Below, in pieces: positions 39,299 to 46,869 of a stretch of 64,000 nucleotides of DNA (positions are counted from its first letter, which is position 1; every line of letters starts with the position of its first letter). The stretch comes from Candidatus Gallionella acididurans (lineage in GTDB: Bacteria > Pseudomonadota > Gammaproteobacteria > Burkholderiales > Gallionellaceae). Below the pieces are notes generated by a model that saw only the letters and a program-made list of their open reading frames with translations, had not been told where the DNA came from and did not search any database. The DNA is taken from positions 6,764 to 70,763 of the forward strand of contig LSLI01000001.1 of the NCBI GenBank assembly GCA_001577345.1, in the 5' to 3' direction. The position numbers and the translations under genes are program-made.

Positions 39299-40186
39299 CT
39301 ATGTACGGCGTGCTGCCCTGACAACCAGGCTTACGCCGATGGCCGTGAGCGTAACGCCTGCGATGGTCACTGCCGTGATGGGCTCGGAAAAAAGCACCCA
39401 GGCCATCACGGCCGTGGTGGGGGGCACCAGGTACAGCAGGCTGGTCACGGAAGTGGCCGCGCCGCGCTGGATCAGGATGTAAAGCAGCGAACTCCCGCCC
39501 AGGGTCAGGACCAGCACCGACCAGGCCAGTGCTGCAACGAATTCGCCGGTCCATTGCACCGGCTCGGTTTCAAGCAACGCCAGCGGCAGGGTGACTGCCA
39601 GCGCCGCCAGGAGTTGCACCGCATTGGCGCTGCGGGCATCGCAGCGCGTCACATGCCGCTTTTGGTACAGTGTTCCGGTGGTGATGCACAGCAGCGCGAA
39701 GACGGCCAAAGAAAGATTGAAGGCGGTTGCCTCGCCGCCCGCGCCCAGCTTGCTCGACACCACCAGCACCAGCCCGGCAAAACCCAGCGCCAGTCCGGCC
39801 CATTGCCGGCGCGTGACGTGGCCGCCTGTGGACGACAACCAGAAAGCCGTGAGCACCGGCTGCAGCCCGACGATCAGCGCAACCAGTCCCGAGCCCATCC
39901 CCGCCTTGACGGCGGCCCAGACCCCGCCCAGATAGCCGCCGTGCATCAGCATGCCGGTAACGGACAGATGCAGCCACTGTGCGCGCGTGCGCGGCCAGGA
40001 CACCCCGGCCAGCATGATCCAGGGGAGGAAGCAGAGTATCGAAAAGGCATAGCGCAGCGCCAGGAATTTCATCGGCGGGGCGAGCGGCATGCCGTAACGT
40101 GCCACGATAAAGCCCGTGCTCCAGATCAGCACAAACACCAGCGGCATCGCGCGGATCAGGATATCGTCATCGGCACGGTCAATCAT
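39299..40186 (-). CDS. DMT/EamA-family transporter
   Basis: 10 TM, FVLIWSTGFI, GLQPVLTA and a two-fold EamA repeat. Confidence 0.9.
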   Translation of the reverse strand: MIDRADDDILIRAMPLVFVLIWSTGFIVARYGMPLAPPMKFLALRYAFSILCFLPWIMLAGVSWPRTRAQWLHLSVTGMLMHGGYLGGVWAAVKAGMGSGLVALIVGLQPVLTAFWLSSTGGHVTRRQWAGLALGFAGLVLVVSSKLGAGGEATAFNLSLAVFALLCITTGTLYQKRHVTRCDARSANAVQLLAALAVTLPLALLETEPVQWTGEFVAALAWSVLVLTLGGSSLLYILIQRGAATSVTSLLYLVPPTTAVMAWVLFSEPITAVTIAGVTLTAIGVSLVVRAARRT

Positions 40187-40428
40187 CGGATGGGCAGTAC
40201 ATTGATTTTAATGGGCTCAAGTTAGACTGAAGTTTTGTGAATTTTGCGTCTTGCCGCTTTTCAGTCCCGCCCCGTTTATCCGGGGCATTTGCTGTAGCGT
40301 GGCTGCACGGGTAAAATCGCGCCCTTTGCTATTGCGCTGCGGATTCTATCATTTGGTGTCTTGGCATTATGCTTGGGACACCGGACAGCGCCCGAAAACT
40401 CGAGAATATATCCAGGGTAAACATTAAA

Positions 40429-41667
40429 GTGAAACCAATTTTAAAATCGACCAAGCTCTCCAACGTATGCTACGACATCCGCGGCCCGGTGATGGAGCGC
40501 GCCAAGCAGATGGAGGAGGAGGGCCAGCGCATCATCAAGCTGAACATCGGCAATCTCGCGCCGTTCGGCTTCGAGGCGCCGGAAGAGATACAGCAGGACG
40601 TGATCCTGAACCTGCCGAATTCGTCCGGCTATTCGGATTCGAAGGGCATGTTTGCGGCGCGCAAGGCGATCATGCATTACTGCCAGTCCAAGAAGATCAT
40701 GGGCGTGGCGCTGGACGACATCTACATCGGCAACGGCGCGTCCGAGCTGATCGTGATGGCGATGCAGGGCCTGCTCAACACCGGCGACGAAGTATTGATC
40801 CCCACGCCCGACTATCCGCTGTGGACGGCGGCGGTCACACTGGCGGGCGGCACGCCGCGCCATTACGTCTGCGACGAGCAGAATGAATGGATGCCCGACC
40901 TGGCCGACATGCGCAGCAAGATCACGCCAAGGACGCGCGCCATCGTCATCATCAACCCGAACAATCCCACCGGGGCGCTGTATTCCGACGAGTTGCTGCG
41001 CGAGGTGATACAGATCGCGCGCGAGCATGACCTGATCATTTTCGCCGACGAGATCTACGACAAGATGATCTACGACGGCGCGACGCACACCGCGATTGCC
41101 TCGCTGGCCGACGATGTGCTGTTCGTGACGCTGAACGGCCTGTCGAAAAATTACCGCGCCTGCGGTTATCGCGCCGGCTGGATGGTGGTGTCCGGGGAGA
41201 AGAAACACGCGCAGGATTACATCAACGGGCTGACGATACTGGCGTCGATGCGGCTGTGCTCCAACGTGCCCGGACAATTCGCGATCCAGACCGCGCTGGG
41301 CGGCTACCAGAGCATCAACGACCTGGTAGCGCCGGCCGGGCGCCTGTGCAGGCAGCGCGACCTCGCCTACAAGCTGCTCACCGAGATACCCGGCGTGACC
41401 TGTGTCAAGCCCAGGGCCGCGCTGTACCTGTTTCCGCGCTTCGACCCGAAAATATATCCGATCAAGGATGACCAGAAATTCATCCTGGAACTGCTGGAGA
41501 CCGAGAAGGTGCTGGTGGTGCAGGGCACCGGTTTCAACTGGATACATCCGGACCACATCCGCGTGGTGTTCCTGCCGAATGCCGATGACCTGACCGAGGC
41601 GATAGGGCGCATCGCAAGGTTTCTGGAGAGCTACCGCAAGCACCACGGTACAGAAATCAGTCGCTAG
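40429..41667 (+). CDS. alaA: Pyridoxal-phosphate aminotransferase, AlaA type
   Basis: KLSNVCYDIRGP, KLNIGN, INPNNPTG, DEIYDK and NGLSKNYRACGYRAGW. GTG start. Confidence 0.9.
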   Translation: MKPILKSTKLSNVCYDIRGPVMERAKQMEEEGQRIIKLNIGNLAPFGFEAPEEIQQDVILNLPNSSGYSDSKGMFAARKAIMHYCQSKKIMGVALDDIYIGNGASELIVMAMQGLLNTGDEVLIPTPDYPLWTAAVTLAGGTPRHYVCDEQNEWMPDLADMRSKITPRTRAIVIINPNNPTGALYSDELLREVIQIAREHDLIIFADEIYDKMIYDGATHTAIASLADDVLFVTLNGLSKNYRACGYRAGWMVVSGEKKHAQDYINGLTILASMRLCSNVPGQFAIQTALGGYQSINDLVAPAGRLCRQRDLAYKLLTEIPGVTCVKPRAALYLFPRFDPKIYPIKDDQKFILELLETEKVLVVQGTGFNWIHPDHIRVVFLPNADDLTEAIGRIARFLESYRKHHGTEISR

Positions 41668-41728
41668 TCGCCAGCAGAACCAAAATCCGCGCAGCGACAA
41701 CATCAACTAACGACTAGCGTCTAACGAC
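41658..41728. repeat. Heptamer-periodic hairpin spanning the alaA stop
   Basis: AGTCGCT AGTCGCC AG pairs imperfectly with CTAACGA CTAGCGT CTAACGA C. Confidence 0.5.
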
Positions 41729-41746
41729 AATAACTGGGATTTACAA

Positions 41747-43123
41747 ATGAAAACGAGCAAAGCGAGTTTCGGTGAAGGCTCACGTGAGCAAGGCGAACGT
41801 TACGCCGGAACCAAACCAATCAACGTAGGACTTCTCGGCATAGGCACCGTCGGCGGCGGAACCTTCACCGTGCTGCAACGCAACGCGGAAGAGATCACGC
41901 GCCGCGCCGGTCGCCCGATCCGCATCACCGTGGTGGCCGACAAGAATATCGAGCTGGCCAAGAAAGTCACCGGCGGCAAGTGTCGCGTGACTGATGATGC
42001 ATTCTCGGTTGTCAGCGATCCGGAAGTGGATATCGTCATCGAACTGATCGGCGGCTACGGTGTGGCGAAGGAGCTGGTGCTGAAGGCGATCGCGAACGGC
42101 AAGCATGTCGTCACCGCGAACAAGGCGCTGCTCGCGACGCACGGCAACGAGATATTCAAGGCCGCGCAGGACAAGGGCGTGATGGTCGCGTTCGAGGCCG
42201 CTGTCGCGGGCGGTATCCCCATCATCAAGGCGCTGCGCGAAGGCCTGAGCGCGAACCGCATCGAATGGATCGCCGGGATAATAAATGGCACCACCAACTT
42301 CATCCTGTCCGAGATGCGCGACAAGGGCCTGAGTTTCGACACCGTGCTGAAAGAGGCGCAACGCCTGGGATACGCCGAGGCCGACCCGACCTTCGATATC
42401 GAGGGCGTGGACGCGGCGCACAAAATCACCATCCTTGCCTCGCTGGCGTTCGGCATTCCGATGCAGTTCGACAAGGCCTATATCGAGGGCATCTCCAAAC
42501 TGGATGCCATCGACATCAAATACGCCGAACAGCTCGGCTACCGCATCAAGCTGCTGGGCATCACCAAGCGCACGCCGGAGGGCGTGGAGCTGCGCGTGCA
42601 TCCCACGCTGATCCCGACCAAGCGCCTGATCGCCAATGTCGAAGGCGCGATGAACGCGGTGCTGGTGCAGGGCGACGCGGTCGGCGCGACGCTGTATTAC
42701 GGCAAGGGCGCGGGCGCGGAACCCACTGCCAGCGCGGTGATCGCCGACCTGGTGGACGTGACGCGCATGCACACCGCCGATCCGGAGAACCGCGTGCCGC
42801 ATCTGGCGTTCCAGCCGAATGCGATGGCCGACCTGAAGATATTGCCGATGGACGAGGTGCAGACCAGCTACTACCTGCGCCTGCGTGTCGTCGATAAACC
42901 AGGAGTTCTGGCCGACATCACGCGCATCCTCGCGGATGAACAGATCTCGATAGATGCGGTGATCCAGAAAGAACCCGGCGAAGGCGAAACCCAGACCGAC
43001 CTGATCATGCTCACCCACCTGACGCGCGAGAAGCACATCAACGCGGCGATTGTGAAGATCGAGGCATTGGGCGTGGTGGCGGGCAAGGTGACCAGGCTGC
43101 GGCTGGAAGAGCTGGGAAAATAA
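41747..43123 (+). CDS. hom: Homoserine dehydrogenase with ACT domain; 21-aa N-terminal insertion
   Basis: GLLGIGTVGGG, VVTANKALLA, EAAVAGGIP, GIINGTTN and EADPTFDIEG. Confidence 0.97.
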   Translation: MKTSKASFGEGSREQGERYAGTKPINVGLLGIGTVGGGTFTVLQRNAEEITRRAGRPIRITVVADKNIELAKKVTGGKCRVTDDAFSVVSDPEVDIVIELIGGYGVAKELVLKAIANGKHVVTANKALLATHGNEIFKAAQDKGVMVAFEAAVAGGIPIIKALREGLSANRIEWIAGIINGTTNFILSEMRDKGLSFDTVLKEAQRLGYAEADPTFDIEGVDAAHKITILASLAFGIPMQFDKAYIEGISKLDAIDIKYAEQLGYRIKLLGITKRTPEGVELRVHPTLIPTKRLIANVEGAMNAVLVQGDAVGATLYYGKGAGAEPTASAVIADLVDVTRMHTADPENRVPHLAFQPNAMADLKILPMDEVQTSYYLRLRVVDKPGVLADITRILADEQISIDAVIQKEPGEGETQTDLIMLTHLTREKHINAAIVKIEALGVVAGKVTRLRLEELGK

Positions 43124-43127
43124 ACAA

Positions 43128-43164
43128 TGTAGGTTGGGTTAGCCGCTTGCGGCGTAACCCAACA
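43128..43164. repeat. GTAG-family REP (GTAGGTTGGGTTA...TAACCCAAC)
   Basis: TGTAG-GTTGGGTTA-GCCGCTTGCGGCG-TAACCCAAC-A. Confidence 0.75.
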
Positions 43165-43176
43165 AACAAATTATCG

Positions 43177-43497
43177 ATGGAACAATCCTCATACAAAGTG
43201 GTATTCGATGCGCTGGAGTGGCAGAACTCGATTCATGGTGCAAGGTTCAAGGTTTTTCGCAACGGTTCAAAACAGCTGCGCCTGGTTGAGTTCACCAACG
43301 AATTCATCGAACCGGACTGGTGCGAAAAGGGGCATGTCGGTTTCGTGATTCAGGGTGAGCTGGAAATCGATTTTCACGGGCACCTGGTGCGTTACCCGGA
43401 ATGTTCGGGAATCTTCATCCCGGCAGGTTCGGCGAGTGCTCATAAGGCACGGCCGATCACACCAACAGTGCTGCTGTTTCTGGTTGAGGAAATTTGA
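43177..43497 (+). CDS. Small cupin-like protein
   Basis: WCEKGHVGFVIQGELEIDF...IFIPAG...H-K beta-barrel signature. Family assignment is tentative. Confidence 0.65.
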   Translation: MEQSSYKVVFDALEWQNSIHGARFKVFRNGSKQLRLVEFTNEFIEPDWCEKGHVGFVIQGELEIDFHGHLVRYPECSGIFIPAGSASAHKARPITPTVLLFLVEEI

Positions 43498-43519
43498 AAA
43501 ACTTTCATTGGATAGTACA

Positions 43520-43582
43520 ACTAGCCATTCGACTAAGCCCGCAAGCGGGCGAGTCGCTGGTTATCCCGCGAAGGCGGGAATC
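43520..43582 (+). repeat. Structured repeat module plus dRS3-like palindrome upstream of thrC
   Basis: TAGCCA-TT-CGACT-AA-GCCCGC-AA-GCGGGC-G-AGTCG-C-TGGTTA followed by TCCCGC-GAAG-GCGGGA. Confidence 0.7.
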
Positions 43583-43603
43583 ACGGCTACGAGAGAATAA
43601 AGA

Positions 43604-45067
43604 ATGAAATACATTTCTACACGCGGCAATACGCCCGCGAAAAACTTCACCGAAATTCTGCTTGGAGGCTTGGCCCCCGATGGCGGACTGTACCTGCCGG
43701 AGCAATATCCGCAGGTGACACGCGCCGAACTGGATATGTGGCGCGGGCTGTCCTATGCCGATCTCGCGTACGCGGTGTTGTCCAAATTCGCGACCGACAT
43801 TCCCGCAGCCGACCTCAAGGCCATCATAGCCAAGACTTACACGACGGCGGTATACAGCAACGGCCGCGCCGATTCCGATTTCTCGCAGATCACACCGTTG
43901 CGCACGCTGGAGCCGGGTGTGCACATCCTCGAACTTTCCAACGGCCCGACGCTGGCGTTCAAGGACATGGCGATGCAGCTGCTCGGCAACCTGTTCGAGT
44001 ATGCGCTGGCAAAGCAGCACGATGAACTGAACATCCTCGGCGCGACCTCGGGCGACACCGGTTCCGCCGCCGAATACGCGATGCGCGGCAAGCGCGGCAT
44101 CCGCGTGTTCATGCTGTCGCCGCACGGCAAGATGAGCAGTTTCCAGCGCGCGCAGATGTATTCCCTGCAGGACCCGAACATCTTCAACATCGCGATCAAT
44201 GGAATGTTCGACGACGCACAGGACATGGTCAAGGCGGTGTCCAACGACCACGCCTTCAAGGAGAAGTACAAGATCGGCACGGTCAACTCGATCAACTGGG
44301 CGCGCGTGTCGGCGCAGGTGGTGTATTACTTCAAGGGCTACTTCGCCGCGACGAAATCGAACGACGAGCAGATTGCGTTCTCGGTGCCGTCCGGAAATTT
44401 CGGCAACATCTGCGCGGGGCATATCGCGCGCATGATGGGGTTGCCGATAGGCCAGCTGATCCTCGCGACCAATGAAAACGATGTGCTGGACGAATTCTTC
44501 CGCACCGGCGTGTATCGTCCGCGCGGCACGAAGCACACCTACGAGACCAGCAGCCCGTCCATGGACATCTCCAAGGCCAGCAACTTCGAGCGCTTCGTGT
44601 TCGACCTGGTCGGTCGCGACGGCGCCAGGGTGCGCGAGTTCTGGAGCAGGGTGGATGCGGGCAGTTCATCCGGCAACGCTGCGTCTGACATCGCCGCTTT
44701 CGACATCAAGGGGACCGACTATTGGGATGCGCTGCCGAAGTTCGGCTTCGCTTCCGGCAAGAGCACGCATCAGGACAGACTCAAGACCATCCGCAAGGTG
44801 TGGGAAGACCACGGTGTGATGATAGACACGCACACCGCCGACGGCATCAGGGTGGGGTTGTTGCAGCGCCGCCCCAGCCTGCCGCTGGTCTGCCTGGAGA
44901 CCGCGCTGCCCGCCAAGTTCGCCGAGACCATACAGGAAGCGCTGGGGCGCGAACCGGAGCGTCCCGCGGCCATGGCCGGGATCGAAAAACTGCCGCAGCG
45001 CTGCGTAGTGATGGATGCGGATGTGAAGAAGCTGAAGGCGTACATCGCGGCGAACGCGCCTCAATAA
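43604..45067 (+). CDS. thrC: Threonine synthase
   Basis: MKYISTRG, GLAPDGGLY, GPTLAFKD, ATSGDTG, NSINWAR and PSGNFGN. Confidence 0.98.
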   Translation: MKYISTRGNTPAKNFTEILLGGLAPDGGLYLPEQYPQVTRAELDMWRGLSYADLAYAVLSKFATDIPAADLKAIIAKTYTTAVYSNGRADSDFSQITPLRTLEPGVHILELSNGPTLAFKDMAMQLLGNLFEYALAKQHDELNILGATSGDTGSAAEYAMRGKRGIRVFMLSPHGKMSSFQRAQMYSLQDPNIFNIAINGMFDDAQDMVKAVSNDHAFKEKYKIGTVNSINWARVSAQVVYYFKGYFAATKSNDEQIAFSVPSGNFGNICAGHIARMMGLPIGQLILATNENDVLDEFFRTGVYRPRGTKHTYETSSPSMDISKASNFERFVFDLVGRDGARVREFWSRVDAGSSSGNAASDIAAFDIKGTDYWDALPKFGFASGKSTHQDRLKTIRKVWEDHGVMIDTHTADGIRVGLLQRRPSLPLVCLETALPAKFAETIQEALGREPERPAAMAGIEKLPQRCVVMDADVKKLKAYIAANAPQ

Positions 45068-45075
45068 CTCGAATC

Positions 45076-45103
45076 CGTCATTCCCGCTTTCGCGGGAATG
45101 ACG
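45076..45103. repeat. dRS3-like palindrome
   Basis: CGTCATTCCCGC-TTTC-GCGGGAATGACG (12-bp perfect arms); matches ATTCCC-N8-GGGAAT. Confidence 0.8.
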
Positions 45104-45110
45104 AAAAACC

Positions 45111-46016
45111 ATGACCAACCTCATCCTGCTCATCCTGTGTTTCATCGCAGGCATGCTGTTGCACCGCTACAAGCGCATGCCGGTCAACACGCCGGCCGTG
45201 CTCAACAGCTTCATCATCCATGTTTCGATGCCCGCGCTGACGCTGTTGTATGTGCACGAGTTGAAAATCAGCGGACATATAGGGCTGATGGTGGCGATGG
45301 GATGGATAGTGTTCGCGCTGTCGGCGGTATTTTTCCGCTTCATCGGGCGCAGGCTGGACCTGCCGCGGCGCACGGTGGGCGCGCTGATACTGACCGGCGG
45401 GCTGTGCAATACATCCTATGTGGGGTTGCCGATGATAGAGGCGTATTACGGGCACCAGGGGCTTGCCGCCGGCATCATCGTCGACCAGCTTGGTTCATTC
45501 CTGGTGCTCTCCACACTGGGTATTACCTTTGCCGGCATCTATTCGTCGGGGCGTCCCGGGGCCGGTGAAATGGCAAAACGGATATTCCTGTTTCCGCCGT
45601 TCATCGCATTGATGCTCGCGGTGTTGCTGATGCCGGTGGCTTACCCCGAATGGCTGACTATCGTGCTCAAGCGCATGGGCGATACCCTGGCGCCGCTGGC
45701 GCTGCTCGCGGTGGGCTTTCAGCTGCGCCTGGGCCATCTCGCGGGCAATGTCAGGAACCTGGCCATAGGCCTTTCATTCAAGCTGGTGCTGGCACCGCTG
45801 GCCTTGTTCTTGTTGTATGTGCCGTTGCTCGGCGCGCATGGCCAGGCGATCCAGATCACGCTGTTCGAAGCGGCCATGCCGCCGATGATCACTTCCGCGA
45901 TTCTCGCGACCGAGCACGACCTCGATCCGCCGCTGGCGACGCTGATGGTGGCGATGGGGCTGGTGATTTCATTCGCCACGCTGACCTGCTGGTGGTGGCT
46001 GATGCGGGGTGTGTAA
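45111..46016 (+). CDS. AEC (auxin efflux carrier/malate permease) family transporter
   Basis: Multi-TM protein with NTSYVGLP, LFEAAMPP and KLVLAP motifs. Confidence 0.85.
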   Translation: MTNLILLILCFIAGMLLHRYKRMPVNTPAVLNSFIIHVSMPALTLLYVHELKISGHIGLMVAMGWIVFALSAVFFRFIGRRLDLPRRTVGALILTGGLCNTSYVGLPMIEAYYGHQGLAAGIIVDQLGSFLVLSTLGITFAGIYSSGRPGAGEMAKRIFLFPPFIALMLAVLLMPVAYPEWLTIVLKRMGDTLAPLALLAVGFQLRLGHLAGNVRNLAIGLSFKLVLAPLALFLLYVPLLGAHGQAIQITLFEAAMPPMITSAILATEHDLDPPLATLMVAMGLVISFATLTCWWWLMRGV

Positions 46017-46223
46017 CCTGCTTGCGCGCTGCGCGCAGGCAAGAGAATCTGCGCCGCCGTCTGGTGGACGATGATGGTCCCGTTTTGCAAATTCCCATCA
46101 GTGTGGACTTGATGCCGCTGCCGGTCTAACATTCCGGCATACTGCTCGCAGATTGTGAAATCGTGCAGCGGCTGCAGATTTTATTTTTAACAATCACTGC
46201 TGTTAAACACCAAGGAGCTTCCC

Positions 46224-46667
46224 ATGACACGCAACGAAGTAACCGAACTGGTCATCACGCAAAAGCTGCGCAAGAATCTGAAATGGCCGCAACTGGCCAA
46301 AGAAATCGGACTAAGCAAGGAGTGGACAACCGCCGCTTTGCTGGGACAGATGACGCTTAATGCCGAACAGGCGGCAAAGATAGGGGCAATGCTGGATTTG
46401 CCCGCAGAGGCAGTCGAGCAACTCCAGGTGGTTCCCTACAAGGGTTCGCTGCCTACTGCCGTGCCTGCCGACCCGCTGATTTACCGTTTCTACGAGCTGG
46501 TCAACGTCTACGGCACGACCTTCAAAACCCTGATCCATGAAGAATTCGGCGACGGCATCATGAGCGCGATCGATTTCAATATGGATATCCAGCGCGAACC
46601 CGATCCCAAGGGTGACCGCGTCAGGATCGTGATGAGCGGCAAGTTCCTTCCTTACAAGACTTACTGA
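46224..46667 (+). CDS. cynS: Cyanate hydratase (cyanase)
   Basis: DPLIYRFYE, IHEEFGDGIMSAIDF and GKFLPYK. RBS AAGGAG. Confidence 0.96.
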   Translation: MTRNEVTELVITQKLRKNLKWPQLAKEIGLSKEWTTAALLGQMTLNAEQAAKIGAMLDLPAEAVEQLQVVPYKGSLPTAVPADPLIYRFYELVNVYGTTFKTLIHEEFGDGIMSAIDFNMDIQREPDPKGDRVRIVMSGKFLPYKTY

Positions 46668-46869
46668 GCGAGCTGACCTCGGCTGCCGGACAAAGCACGT
46701 TCGGCAGGGAGCGGGCTTTTTCGCTTGCCATCAGTACAGGGACCGGTTACCTGTGTGCCGCATCGCACCGGATTTTACCCATGCCATCAAAGAGGAGATG
46801 TGCCCGTTCGTCAAGAACATGTTCACAGGCATGTGGTAGGATGATTTAAACCGTAATAACCAAATCAAC

